Source: Nitrososphaeraceae archaeon (GTDB lineage: Archaea > Thermoproteota > Nitrososphaeria > Nitrososphaerales > Nitrososphaeraceae). Taken from it: a stretch of 64,000 nucleotides of DNA. Shown piece after piece: positions 24,124 to 34,663 of this stretch. The position numbers and the translations under genes were made by a program. The DNA lies in assembly GCA_044870765.1 (NCBI GenBank), contig JBIOZG010000032.1, positions 13,598 to 77,597 of the forward strand, read 5' to 3'. The notes under the pieces are model-generated. The model was not told the origin of the DNA. It was given only the letters and a program-made list of their open reading frames with translations, and searched no databases. Every line of letters starts with the position of its first letter. Positions within the stretch are counted from its first letter, which is position 1.

Positions 24124-24561
24124 ATGGCAAAGTCACCTTTAGGATTATTTTCAGGACGAGTTTTAAAAGCAAAGAGAAAAAGAATGAGATGGTCAAACAA
24201 GTACTACAAGAGGCGCATGTTGATGCTTGACAAGAAGGCAAACCCGTTGGAGGGTGCTCCGCAGGCAAGAGCTATAGTGCTTGAAAAAGTCGGAATTGAA
24301 TCAAAGCAGCCCAACTCTGCTGTTAGGAAATGTGTGCGAGTCCAGTTAATTAAAAATGGCAAGTCTATTACAGCATTCCTTCCAAGGGACGGTGCTCTTA
24401 ATTACATCGATGAACACGATGAAGTTATGCTTGAAGGAATTGGAGGTTCAATGGGAGGTGCAATGGGTGATATTCCAGGTGTTAGATGGCAGGTGTTCAA
24501 GGTTAACGGTGTATCGCTAATAGAATTGGTTTATGGGCGAAAGGAAAAACCCAGGAGATGA
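24124..24561 (+). CDS. rps12: 30S ribosomal protein S12 (uS12)
   Basis: [17 protein letters not shown]. Confidence 0.98.
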   Translation: MAKSPLGLFSGRVLKAKRKRMRWSNKYYKRRMLMLDKKANPLEGAPQARAIVLEKVGIESKQPNSAVRKCVRVQLIKNGKSITAFLPRDGALNYIDEHDEVMLEGIGGSMGGAMGDIPGVRWQVFKVNGVSLIELVYGRKEKPRR

Positions 24562-24566
24562 TATGA

Positions 24567-25169
24567 ATGGTTACGAAAGAAACTGTAATGTTGTTGTTCA
24601 ACAAATGGAACACGGCTGATATCGATATTCAGGATTCAGGTTTAAAAAATGTAATAGCACTAGACGCTGCAATTATTCCAATTAGCTTTGGAAGACATGA
24701 ACATCAGAGACTGAAGAAGGCTGAAGTTCATATCATTGAGAGATTGGTAAACAAATTAATGCACTTTGGTAAAAAGTACGCGAAAAATACCGGTAGAATG
24801 GGTGGTAAAAAGGGCAGAATGATAAAAACTGTGAAAACGGCACTTGATTTAATTTACCATGAAACAGGCAAGAACCCAGTTGAGCTGCTTATAAGGGCAA
24901 TTGAGAATGCAGCACCCAATGAAGACACCACAAGGATAGTTTACGGTGGTGTTGTATATCATGTGTCAGTTGATGTCGCACCGTTAAGGCGCATTGACTT
25001 GGCACTCCGATTTATAGCAGAAGGAGTGAGAGAATCTACATACTCCAACCCAAAAACTATTGAAGAGGCCCTTGCAAAAGAGATAATTTTGGCATCAAAT
25101 AACTCAATGGAGAGTCATTCTGTAAAGAAAAAGAACGAACAAGAAAGAATTGCCATGTCTTCAAGGTAG
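24567..25169 (+). CDS. rps7: 30S ribosomal protein S7 (uS7)
   Basis: AIENAAPNEDTTR, SVDVAPLRRIDLAL. Confidence 0.98.
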   Translation: MVTKETVMLLFNKWNTADIDIQDSGLKNVIALDAAIIPISFGRHEHQRLKKAEVHIIERLVNKLMHFGKKYAKNTGRMGGKKGRMIKTVKTALDLIYHETGKNPVELLIRAIENAAPNEDTTRIVYGGVVYHVSVDVAPLRRIDLALRFIAEGVRESTYSNPKTIEEALAKEIILASNNSMESHSVKKKNEQERIAMSSR

Positions 25170-25272
25170 CATAGTTGCTAACACTTTTCTAACTCTTTTT
25201 GACCTCTAAATTTCTATGAGAAATTTTAATCTGAAAGTTAAATAACGACGGAATATTCTGAAAGAATTGTAA

Positions 25273-26409
25273 ATGAGTGCCAAAGAAAGTAAAATTTTTT
25301 CAAAGGTTTCGTTATGGAGTACTCGCTCAGGTAAGCGAATAATAAAGCAAGTACTTTTACAGGAAAAGGGGTATAAACAATACCATAAATACAAATTAGA
25401 GTCTGAAAAAGAATTTTCGGAATTCACCAAGCGATTTTTGCTATCTTTGCATGAAAAACTGATTTCAGATACAAATCCAAAAGCAACGATGAAAAAATTT
25501 GTTGATGAGACAGAAGCAAACGAATTGTCTTTGGACGATTCAAAAATTGAAGCGGTTCGTGAAAGGCTATCTAAGCCTGACTTGTTGGCAGACAGGGTTC
25601 AAAGAATATTGAATTCTAACTTTGTTAAAATGACTTATCCTGTTCTAACAGCTCTTATGGACAGTGCCACTGATTTCAACAAGGAGACAATTTCAAAAGA
25701 GATAAGAAACTCAATAATTGATGGCCATGTTATAGCTATAGATCTGAGTGAACCTATGGACAGAATAACGGACGCGGACGAAGATATCGAATTTCTTGAT
25801 GATTACAAGCTAATGAATCCTTATATTTTGGAAATAGCAAGGCAAAAAATCGCTGTTGGAGGAGATGCCGTACTGAAGGCATTTGAAGATGGATTTAAAG
25901 ACGCAAGAATAGGTCAATATATTGATGCTAGATTGAAATTAAAACCCGAGTCAATAAGCGATGAGAACATGATTGGCTGCTACAAGAAATATCGGGCTGT
26001 CATGGGAACGGCAGGCCGAAATATGGCCCTAAATCTTCCTCCTCTTAATGATATCTTTCATTTAGGTATGGCAAAAGCAGCAGAGTGTGTTGGGTGCGGT
26101 AACGAAATGGAAGACGCAATAGTAAATGGAGGGATAAAGATTCCATCATGGCCATTATACTATGCAATAGTCACAAAAAACGTCGAAAAAGCATTTGAAT
26201 TAACACTGGATAAAAGTGAAATCTATCTGGAAGAAGCTAAAATTGCGCTGGATATGTTACCCGACGAACTCAATATAAAACCCTTTTTGAAATTCTTGTT
26301 CTTGACAGTAAGTCATTATAATCAGTACTGGTTTAATGAAATGAAACGCAGAGACTTGTTTCCTTACTTTCAGAAAAATCTATCAATAACTATTAAAAAT
26401 TCTAAATGA
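25273..26409 (+). CDS. Helical hypothetical protein, possibly a divergent isoprenyl-diphosphate-synthase fold
   Basis: Long clean ORF; see finding for motif order. Fold call is inference. Confidence 0.75.
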   Translation: MSAKESKIFSKVSLWSTRSGKRIIKQVLLQEKGYKQYHKYKLESEKEFSEFTKRFLLSLHEKLISDTNPKATMKKFVDETEANELSLDDSKIEAVRERLSKPDLLADRVQRILNSNFVKMTYPVLTALMDSATDFNKETISKEIRNSIIDGHVIAIDLSEPMDRITDADEDIEFLDDYKLMNPYILEIARQKIAVGGDAVLKAFEDGFKDARIGQYIDARLKLKPESISDENMIGCYKKYRAVMGTAGRNMALNLPPLNDIFHLGMAKAAECVGCGNEMEDAIVNGGIKIPSWPLYYAIVTKNVEKAFELTLDKSEIYLEEAKIALDMLPDELNIKPFLKFLFLTVSHYNQYWFNEMKRRDLFPYFQKNLSITIKNSK

Positions 26410-26435
26410 CAATCAAATAATTCAAGTGCTGGATT

Positions 26436-27653
26436 TTGATACATCCCAAGTTATCAGATTTTATCGGAAATGAAAATTCCCGTAAGAAAGTAGTAGAATG
26501 GCTCTCAAAATGGTCAAATGGATCAAAACCTCTACTACTAGTAGGACCTCCAGGTGTTGGTAAAACATCATTTGTTCATGCATTATGCCGAGAATCTGAC
26601 ATTGATCTTGTTGAACTGAATGCAAGTGATACTCGTAATAAGAACATGCTTGCCCAGATCTTGTATCCAATATTTTCCAATGTCAGCCTTACTGGAAAAA
26701 ACTTTCTTCTCTTTCTCGATGAGATGGATGGGATTTCAAACCGGGAAGATTCTGGCGGATTAGATTTTTTAATAGATCTATTCGCTGAACCATCGATAAG
26801 AGTAATAATGGCTGCTAACAAATCCACTGAAGCAATCAAAAAAATTTCAAAAGTTTCAAAAACAATCAATTTCTCACCGATTCCTCCTAGGCTCTCGATG
26901 CTCTACTTGGACAAAGTTCTTAGAAATCGAAATTCTTCGATGGATGCCAAAGATAGAATTACAGTAGTTCGAAACTCTTTGGGCGATATAAGATCGCTTT
27001 TAAATTCTGCACAGGTAATGATTGCAGGATATTCGACAGTTAAAAATCCCTCAAAGGAAATTGATGTAGAAGCCATGATAAACCAATTCTTCACATCGCC
27101 TACTTTTGATGAGGCACTTGCCATTATTAACAAAGCTGATATATCGTATACAGATCCCAGATTTGGGCAATCTTCTGAAGATCGACGCAAAGACATTCTT
27201 GGAGCATTTTTCTCTAGCATAGTCATGTCAAAGATTGATATCTCTACTATCGCCGTCCTGTTAGACAGATTATCAGAATTAGATGTAATTCTCAGCAGAT
27301 CTCTGGTCTTGAGAAACTGGAAGATCATGAGATATTTCTCATCAATATTAGCCAAGTCATTATTTCATGAATCGCGTAACAAGTATATCCGATACAATAG
27401 GTATAGCATAGGGTTTGAAAACATGCGCATTTTTTCGAGGGCACAAGGCTTGAAAAAAACGCTTAGAATCCTTGCACAATATTTTCACACATCAAGGAGT
27501 AATTTTGGCTCTCAGTACTTTGAACCGCTAATGCAGATCTTGGCTCGAACGGATAGATATGAAGATTTGATTCGTAGTACCATTACCTCAGAAAAAGAAG
27601 CTGATGTCCTGGTTAGGGAAGTTTCCAGAGTTGAGAATTTACGAGGCAGTTAA
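26436..27653 (+). CDS. rfcL: Replication factor C large subunit-like AAA+ ATPase
   Basis: GPPGVGKT Walker A, ELNASDTR, LDEMDG Walker B, GDIRSLLN. Confidence 0.85.
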   Translation: MIHPKLSDFIGNENSRKKVVEWLSKWSNGSKPLLLVGPPGVGKTSFVHALCRESDIDLVELNASDTRNKNMLAQILYPIFSNVSLTGKNFLLFLDEMDGISNREDSGGLDFLIDLFAEPSIRVIMAANKSTEAIKKISKVSKTINFSPIPPRLSMLYLDKVLRNRNSSMDAKDRITVVRNSLGDIRSLLNSAQVMIAGYSTVKNPSKEIDVEAMINQFFTSPTFDEALAIINKADISYTDPRFGQSSEDRRKDILGAFFSSIVMSKIDISTIAVLLDRLSELDVILSRSLVLRNWKIMRYFSSILAKSLFHESRNKYIRYNRYSIGFENMRIFSRAQGLKKTLRILAQYFHTSRSNFGSQYFEPLMQILARTDRYEDLIRSTITSEKEADVLVREVSRVENLRGS

Positions 27654-27726
27654 GGCGAAATAAAAATAGAAAATAGAAAGAGACAATAGAAAAATATTAA
27701 ACTCTCGGAAATTGTAGTATTTTTGT

Positions 27727-27939
27727 ATGTCCAGTGAATATGAACAGAATGTTGGCAAGCTTCTTTCGGAAAAGATTGAAAAATTCGAATCAATGAAAAA
27801 TGATGCCAATGTTCCAAAGATTGAGCTCGAGTCACTGCGATCTGAAATAGAATCGCTTGAATCATTGTACGACAATTATAATATGGGCATGAACTACTTC
27901 CGACGAGCAAAGGGTGGAAGGTCAGGTTTAAGGGAATAA
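27727..27939 (+). CDS. Small coiled-coil hypothetical protein
   Basis: 70-aa charged helical ORF, co-directional with its neighbours. Confidence 0.65.
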   Translation: MSSEYEQNVGKLLSEKIEKFESMKNDANVPKIELESLRSEIESLESLYDNYNMGMNYFRRAKGGRSGLRE

Positions 27940-28068
27940 AATCTCCTTTCATGGTCATGTAATCAAAGAACAAGCCAATAAAAAGTCATAGCACGTGTGT
28001 TCGGTTGAGAAGTTTCTAGTTTTAGCTATAATGAATTTATATGCGAATATATGCTGTTTAAAATTGTT

Positions 28069-29610
28069 ATGCATGATGAAAAGATAAACCGACTGCATGA
28101 AATGAAAAAAAAAGCAGAAATTGGAGGAGGCCAAGAAAGAATTGAAGCTCAGCATACAAAGGGAAAATTAACTGCACGGGAAAGACTAGATTTACTTCTA
28201 GATAGTAATTCTTTTATCGAAATCGACAAGTACGTCGTACATAGGTCAATAGACCCTGATACGGCAAAATACTATGGAGATGGTGTCATTACAGGTTTTG
28301 GGACTATTAATGGCAGACAGGTTTTCGTCTATGCCTATGATTTTACAATATTAGGTGGATCTCTGGGTGAAATGGCAGGGAGAAAAATCGTAAAGTTAAT
28401 GGATCATGCAATTAAGGTTGGCGCTCCCCTTATTGGTATCTTGGATTCTGGAGGAGCAAGAATTCAGGAGGGTGTAATGAGTCTTGATGGCTACGGTGAC
28501 ATATTCTTTAGAAACACAATGGCTTCTGGAGTTATTCCACAAATAACAGCAAGCATCGGTCCATGTGCAGGTGGAGCAGTATATTCACCCGCAATGACTG
28601 ACTTTGTCATCATGGTTGAAAATATAGGTCAAATGTTCGTTACAGGTCCAGAAGTGGTAAAAGAAGTCCTCAGCCAAGAAGTATCGTTTGAAGATTTGGG
28701 TGGCGCAAGAACTCATTCAACAAAATCCGGTGTCGCTCATTTTGTTGCTGAAAATGAATATGAATGTATGGATAAGATAAAGAAATTGATTTCTTTTATA
28801 CCACAGAATAATCTGGAAATATCAACACCTGTCGAATCACTAGATGATCCAAATAGGCTTGAACCAGAATTCTCAAGTATACTGCCAGAAAATCCTTACG
28901 AACAGTACGATATGAAGCAAATTATTAGATTACTGGTCGATAAAGCTGATTTTCTAGAAGTACATGAACGTTTTGCGGAGAACATTATTGTTGCCTTTGC
29001 TAGAATTGATGGGAAGACAGTAGGAATAGTTGCTAATCAACCAATGTACCTTGCTGGAGCATTAGACATCAACTCTTCAACCAAAGCAGCCCGGTTTATT
29101 CGCTTTTGTGATTGTTTTAATATTCCAATTGTTACTCTAGTTGATACACCTGGTTATCTCCCCGGAGCAGATCAGGAGCATAATGGTATAATTCGACACG
29201 GCAGCAAGCTGCTCTATGCCTACTGTGATGCAACAGTTCCAAAGATAACTTGTATTATAGGCAAGGCTTATGGTGGGGCCTACATTGCAATGGGGAGTAA
29301 AAATCTTAGAGCTGACATAAATTATGCCTGGCCCACAGCAGAAATTGCCGTTCTGGGTCCTGAAGCTGCCATTACAATAGTACATAGAAAAGATCTTAAG
29401 AGCTCGAAAAACCCAATTGAAATTAAAAAGAAACTGGCAAAAGAATATCGTGAGAAATTTGCAAACCCATACATTGCGGCAGAAAAGGGAATAATTGATC
29501 TTGTTATAGATCCTATTGAAACAAGGATAATGATAGTAAAGGCACTAAGCGTATTGCAGAATAAAAGAGAGTCAAGGCCAGCTAGGAAACATGGTAACAT
29601 TAATCTTTAG
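28069..29610 (+). CDS. pccB: Acetyl-/propionyl-CoA carboxylase, carboxyltransferase subunit
   Basis: KGKLTARER, DSGGARIQEG, GPCAGGAVYSP, KAYGGAY, RKHGNINL; start likely MHDEK at 28069. Confidence 0.95.
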   Translation: MHDEKINRLHEMKKKAEIGGGQERIEAQHTKGKLTARERLDLLLDSNSFIEIDKYVVHRSIDPDTAKYYGDGVITGFGTINGRQVFVYAYDFTILGGSLGEMAGRKIVKLMDHAIKVGAPLIGILDSGGARIQEGVMSLDGYGDIFFRNTMASGVIPQITASIGPCAGGAVYSPAMTDFVIMVENIGQMFVTGPEVVKEVLSQEVSFEDLGGARTHSTKSGVAHFVAENEYECMDKIKKLISFIPQNNLEISTPVESLDDPNRLEPEFSSILPENPYEQYDMKQIIRLLVDKADFLEVHERFAENIIVAFARIDGKTVGIVANQPMYLAGALDINSSTKAARFIRFCDCFNIPIVTLVDTPGYLPGADQEHNGIIRHGSKLLYAYCDATVPKITCIIGKAYGGAYIAMGSKNLRADINYAWPTAEIAVLGPEAAITIVHRKDLKSSKNPIEIKKKLAKEYREKFANPYIAAEKGIIDLVIDPIETRIMIVKALSVLQNKRESRPARKHGNINL

Positions 29611-29622
29611 GGGAGATGTGAA

Positions 29623-31143
29623 ATGGGAAAATTAATTTCTAGCATTTTAATAGCAAATAGAGGGGAAATAGCCCTCAGGGTAATTAGGGCATGCAAGGAA
29701 TTGAGGATAAAATCTATTGCACTTTACTCTGATGAGGATTTAAGATCAAAGCATGTAAAGAGTGCTGACGAGGCATATTACCTTGGTCCTCCAGCGCCGA
29801 CCAAAAGCTACCTTAACATTGAGAAGATAATTGAAATTGCAGAGAGCGCAGGAGCTGAAGCAATTCATCCTGGTTACGGATTTTTGTCAGAAAACGAAAC
29901 CTTCGCTGCAAAATGTGAAGAGAAGGGTATTATATTTATTGGACCATCCAGCGAGGCCATGGCACTGACAGGTGATAAAATGAAATGCAAAGAAATAATG
30001 AAAAAGGCACAAGTTCCAACGATACCAGGAAGTGATGATATTCTAGAAGAGGTTGACAAGGCAGTAGAAATCGCTGAGGAGGCCGGGTATCCTGTACTTC
30101 TTAAATCTGCCTACGGTGGAGGTGGAAGAGGTATCCGGTTCGCAGACACTGAAAAGAAGCTTAGGGAGGAATTTGAAATGGCAGCTGCAGAATCGAGAGC
30201 AGCATTCGGCAAATCGGGGTTGTATGTAGAAAAATTCCTTCAAGGGATAAGACATATAGAATTTCAGCTTGTTAGAGATTCCAGTGGAAACGGCAGACAT
30301 CTTTTTGAACGCGAATGTTCGATACAGAGGCGTCATCAAAAGCTAATTGAATTTTCACCCTCTTCAGTCGTAGACAAGAAAACTAGATCAAATATAGGCG
30401 AAATCGCTGTCAGGGCAGCAGAATCAGTCGACTATCTCAATGCGGGCACAGCCGAGTTCTTAAGGGATGCAAAGGGCAACTTTTATTTTATTGAGGTTAA
30501 CTCTCGACTCCAGGTAGAGCATCCTGTAACAGAATTAGTTACTGGAATTGATCTTGTCAAGTTACAGATAAAAATTGCATGCGGTGAAGAAATCCGCTTT
30601 AAGCAGTCAGATCTTGAACTTAATGGTTCTGCAATAGAATGTAGGATAAATGCCGAAGATCCATTTCACGACTTTGTTCCTTCGGTTGGACTGGTACCAG
30701 ACTGCAATCTTCCTTATGGACCTGGTGTCAGAGTAGATACTTACCTATATCCAGGATGTAGTGTATCGGGGTATTATGATTCTCTGGTCGCAAAGTTGAT
30801 AACATGGGGACAAGATTTTAATGAGGCACGGGTAAGGATGTCCAATTCCTTGGATGAATTCTTGATAGAAGGCATAAACACCACTATTCCTCTATATAAG
30901 ACCATAATGGATGAGAACAACTTTATTCAAGGAAATATTTCTACAGATTACTTGGAAAAATATGATATGCTGGGTCAAATGCAGGATCTGCTGAAGGAAA
31001 AACAATTAAAGTCAGCTGATTCTTCCATAGCAGCTGCTTTACTCTACTCTGAATACTTGAAAGGACAAAGTGCCATTAATTCATCGAGTAAACTTTCATT
31101 ATCTAATTGGGTAAGAACAGGTAGTCAGAAAAATGGAATTTAA
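29623..31143 (+). CDS. accC: Acetyl-/propionyl-CoA carboxylase, biotin carboxylase subunit
   Basis: ANRGEIA, HPGYGFLSEN, GGGGRG, ERECSIQRRHQK, RLQVEHPVTE; preceded by GGGAGA. Confidence 0.97.
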   Translation: MGKLISSILIANRGEIALRVIRACKELRIKSIALYSDEDLRSKHVKSADEAYYLGPPAPTKSYLNIEKIIEIAESAGAEAIHPGYGFLSENETFAAKCEEKGIIFIGPSSEAMALTGDKMKCKEIMKKAQVPTIPGSDDILEEVDKAVEIAEEAGYPVLLKSAYGGGGRGIRFADTEKKLREEFEMAAAESRAAFGKSGLYVEKFLQGIRHIEFQLVRDSSGNGRHLFERECSIQRRHQKLIEFSPSSVVDKKTRSNIGEIAVRAAESVDYLNAGTAEFLRDAKGNFYFIEVNSRLQVEHPVTELVTGIDLVKLQIKIACGEEIRFKQSDLELNGSAIECRINAEDPFHDFVPSVGLVPDCNLPYGPGVRVDTYLYPGCSVSGYYDSLVAKLITWGQDFNEARVRMSNSLDEFLIEGINTTIPLYKTIMDENNFIQGNISTDYLEKYDMLGQMQDLLKEKQLKSADSSIAAALLYSEYLKGQSAINSSSKLSLSNWVRTGSQKNGI

Positions 31144-31645
31144 GATAGATGATTTAGATAAAGTTCTGTCAGGTTCAATATCTGAATCTAGAGGCGATGG
31201 TAAAATTATCGCTACTATAAATGGTAAGAAACGTAAAATCCAGATAGTGAGTCTCAAAAACAGTATTTTGGAGTTTATTATAGACAACTCTTATGAAACC
31301 GCCAAGATATTGGAATTTGGAAGTTCGTACATTAAAATGTTGATGAACGGAGAGCAAATTGTTCTCAAAAAACATTCAAAATTGACTGAAATTCTGGAAA
31401 AATCAATGGCACTGGGCGCATCGTCAACAGGTGATATCAAACTCTTCAGTCAAATTCCTGGTCGAGTAGTGTCCATTATGTTAAAGTCAGGAGACCAATT
31501 AAAAAAAGGAGATTCAGTAATTGTACTGGAATCTATGAAAATGCAAGTTGCTGTAAAGGCCCATAAAGACGGTCAGATTAGAGATATTAAGGTAAAAATT
31601 GGAGATACTGTTTCAAGAAACGATGTAGTTGCCTTAATTGAGTAA
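31133..31645 (+). CDS. accB: Biotin carboxyl carrier protein
   Basis: ESMKM biotinylation motif in the C-terminal domain. Confidence 0.93.
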   Translation: MEFKIDDLDKVLSGSISESRGDGKIIATINGKKRKIQIVSLKNSILEFIIDNSYETAKILEFGSSYIKMLMNGEQIVLKKHSKLTEILEKSMALGASSTGDIKLFSQIPGRVVSIMLKSGDQLKKGDSVIVLESMKMQVAVKAHKDGQIRDIKVKIGDTVSRNDVVALIE

Positions 31646-31728
31646 CATCAGTGTAGAATAATATCGGAACAAAGAATTGACAGTACCGGATAGTATTATT
31701 TGAACCCTAAATTTGCAGACGTTGCAAA

Positions 31729-32208
31729 TCAGTTATTGATATCTTTTAGTTTATCTCTAATTTCGTCGTATTTTGGTTCAACAAGTGGATTATCTGAAAT
31801 CCATACATACTTAATAACGCTATTTTTATCCAACAAGAAAATCGATCTTTTAGCTGCATTGTAGTCCTTCAAAGGACCAAGATCCTTCATTACTATTCCG
31901 TAGTCGCTAATTGTTTCCCTTTTATAATCACTCAATAGTGGAAAATTCAGATGCCTATTTATTTTGAATATCTTGTTTGCGAATGGACCGTCTACCGAAA
32001 TTCCTACTACTGCTGTATTGCTGTTTTCGAATTCATTCAGTGAATCTCTAAAGACGCACATCTCAGTAGTGCATACAGGAGATTCTGCAGCCGGAAAAAA
32101 AGCCAATAATGTATTCCTGCCTTTGAACTCCCCAAGTTTACGCATATTCATATCAATATCGGGTAAATCAAAATCTGGAGCAACGTCTCCTTCTTTTAAA
32201 TTTGCCAT
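31729..32208 (-). CDS. Peroxiredoxin (AhpC/BCP family)
   Basis: FFPAAESPVCTTEMC peroxidatic motif, GISVD, FPLLSD. Confidence 0.92.
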   Translation of the reverse strand: MANLKEGDVAPDFDLPDIDMNMRKLGEFKGRNTLLAFFPAAESPVCTTEMCVFRDSLNEFENSNTAVVGISVDGPFANKIFKINRHLNFPLLSDYKRETISDYGIVMKDLGPLKDYNAAKRSIFLLDKNSVIKYVWISDNPLVEPKYDEIRDKLKDINN

Positions 32209-32286
32209 ACATTCGATCCTATTCTGTTCAATGTTAATCTTTCTATCAGATCAAGCCATGTATATGTATGTAGTATCGATCTTCGG

Positions 32287-33123
32287 TTAGATTATCTTTT
32301 TGTTGATAGAATGGACATTAATATTCTCATTACTTTTGTAGCCTGATAGATCTAACACAATGTGCTTGAATCCGAGCTCCTTTAGTTTTGAATCAATTAC
32401 TGACAGTTTGTTTGTATCAAACATCTCTTTTATTTCTGCCTTGTCAACTTCAATTCTTGCCATGTTTTGATTATCCCGAACTCTAACCTGCCTTACATTG
32501 AAAATAGACTTGACTAATAATTCAGCCTTTTCTATTCTTCTAAGTTTTTCAAATGTTACTGGGGACCCATGTGGTATTCTTGACGCCAAGCAGGAGTTTG
32601 ACGGTTTGTCAAAAACTGTCAAGTTGTTTGACTTTGCGATATTTCTTACATTCTGTTTGTTGATTCCAAGCTCTACAAGTGGACTTTTTACACCGTTTTC
32701 TCTCAGGGCCACTATTCCGGGTCGATAATCCATCAAGTCATCGGTATTTGTACCATCGACAATCAATTTCACGTCCATTCCTTCTGCCTCTCTTAACAAG
32801 TAAGCTGCGAGTTCAGTTCTGCAATGATAACATCTCATCAAGTCGTTCTTGACAAACTCTGAATTGTCTAATTCATTGTATTTTATTATTTTATGATTAA
32901 TGTCTATTTCTTGCGCAATTTTTTTTGCAGATGTTAATTCGTCAGCTGAAAGTGTATTATAATCTGCAGTAACAGCGATGGCATTTTCATTTAATGCTTT
33001 CTTTGCCGCCATAGCAACAACAGCACTGTCGACACCTCCTGACAAGGCAACCATGGTCTTTTCGTTTTTATCTTGAAACCATGAAACCAGCCTTTGATAA
33101 AGCATATCTTCCAAATTTATCAT
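32287..33123 (-). CDS. larE: ATP-dependent sulfur transferase LarE
   Basis: SGGVDS PP-loop, RCYHCR, DGTNTDD..DYRPG, SCLASRIP. Confidence 0.93.
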   Translation of the reverse strand: MINLEDMLYQRLVSWFQDKNEKTMVALSGGVDSAVVAMAAKKALNENAIAVTADYNTLSADELTSAKKIAQEIDINHKIIKYNELDNSEFVKNDLMRCYHCRTELAAYLLREAEGMDVKLIVDGTNTDDLMDYRPGIVALRENGVKSPLVELGINKQNVRNIAKSNNLTVFDKPSNSCLASRIPHGSPVTFEKLRRIEKAELLVKSIFNVRQVRVRDNQNMARIEVDKAEIKEMFDTNKLSVIDSKLKELGFKHIVLDLSGYKSNENINVHSINKKII

Positions 33124-34364
33124 CTGTTGTATTTTTTGAATACCTCGTAGTATACGATATCAAATACCTTTCTGTATGGAGCCTTTAGTCTTGTTGCAAT
33201 TTTTTTAATATCGTCATATTCTGGCTTTATCATTTTAATTGTTCCATCCTTATCCTTTGAAAGTTTTACCTTGACTACAAATCTCTGATTCCCAATTGTA
33301 ATGGGAACCGTTATAAAAGATCTGGGAATTGTTATCCTGTTTATCTCATGAACTCTGCATCCTAGAGAACCAGTTTCATTTAATAGTAACTTAACGAGTG
33401 AATCACGAGATGTTATGTCGCTCAGGACTTTAATAATAAAGGAGGGCCTGTTTTTTTTAGAGATGCCCTGAAGAACAGTAACGTCTTTTGCGCCACTTGC
33501 ATACAGTGTTTCAATCATATTGCCTATTGTCTCTCCTGTAGCGTCATCGACGTTTGTTTCAATCTCATATACACTTTCTGATGTATGATCTACGTTAGAA
33601 TTTGATTGGCCGACAACTAATCGGAGTATGTTTGCGATATTCTTTCCGTCTTTTTGACCAGCGCCGTTTCCTATTTGTTCGGGAATGAATGGAGGATACT
33701 GAGAGATATGTTTAGGAACCAAATTAACTAACATCGCTGCGCCAGTAGGGGTTGTAAGCTCGCCATCGATTTTACCTGGAACCAGTAGTATTTGTGAATT
33801 CCTCAAGATTTCCAGTATTGCATTACCAGGATTGGGAACAATACCATGAGAAAACTGTAACATGCCGTTACCAATTGCAACGTCGGTAGCATAGAATTTT
33901 TGCGATAAAAGCCCGAGATTATCCAAGGCTACGGCTGTACCGATTAAATCTGCAGCAGTATCCACTGTTGAGACTTCATGTAGTCGTACGTCGTCATGTT
34001 TGGTGCCGTGTATTTTTGATTCTGCCGTGATTATTGTTTTGATTGAATTAAGAACGAATGACTTTGCAACATTGGATAAATTTATGGAGTCACAACAAGA
34101 GGCAATTGATCTATATACTACACTGCCCAACCGGAATCTTGTCGAATCCTTGTATTCGAATAATAACTTTGTGCAGGAAATTCCATATGATGTGGTTTTT
34201 ATGAAATTAACCTTATGTATTTTGGAACCTTCAAAATAGTCTTGGCACGCATAAATCGAATCAACGACTTTTTTTTTATTTGCTCCTATGTCTACTAAAC
34301 TACTCAAAAGCATGTCGCCTGAAATTCCAGCAACTTGAGAGTCAATAATCACTATCTTAGACAT
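33120..34364 (-). CDS. larC: Nickel insertion protein LarC
   Basis: AGISGDM, AESKIHG, ELTTPTGAA, ETNVDD, KKNRP, KPEYDD. Confidence 0.93.
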   Translation of the reverse strand: MSKIVIIDSQVAGISGDMLLSSLVDIGANKKKVVDSIYACQDYFEGSKIHKVNFIKTTSYGISCTKLLFEYKDSTRFRLGSVVYRSIASCCDSINLSNVAKSFVLNSIKTIITAESKIHGTKHDDVRLHEVSTVDTAADLIGTAVALDNLGLLSQKFYATDVAIGNGMLQFSHGIVPNPGNAILEILRNSQILLVPGKIDGELTTPTGAAMLVNLVPKHISQYPPFIPEQIGNGAGQKDGKNIANILRLVVGQSNSNVDHTSESVYEIETNVDDATGETIGNMIETLYASGAKDVTVLQGISKKNRPSFIIKVLSDITSRDSLVKLLLNETGSLGCRVHEINRITIPRSFITVPITIGNQRFVVKVKLSKDKDGTIKMIKPEYDDIKKIATRLKAPYRKVFDIVYYEVFKKYNR

Positions 34365-34663
34365 ATAAATGAAAAATCTCTCTTCTATATGCTGTTTAGA
34401 TAATTTAAATATTATTGTTCAATTTCCAGTTTAATTAGTAATGATTGATTCTCACGACAGAGAATGGAAAAGATGATTCAGCGGTTCAAAATAAGCGAGC
34501 ATTTCAAAAGGTATAATTCATTTTTGAATTCATTATTCGGTAAACTTGTACCTGTTTTTGTCATCGCTTTAAAATATTGATACTCAGTAATAATACTGTA
34601 TTTGATCACTGGGCAAAAATCTACTCAGAGAAATATCTTGTCATTATCATTTTTTAATAGAAA

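Noticed and set aside
28069-31645. acc cluster and the mce-mcmA-meaB-mcmB cluster (55840-59307)
   Set aside because: Well-described 3HP/4HB carbon-fixation genes of AOA.
31712-31728. TTTGCA-N5-TGCAAA between convergent accB and peroxiredoxin
   Set aside because: Short stem; possibly a terminator but not supportable from sequence alone.
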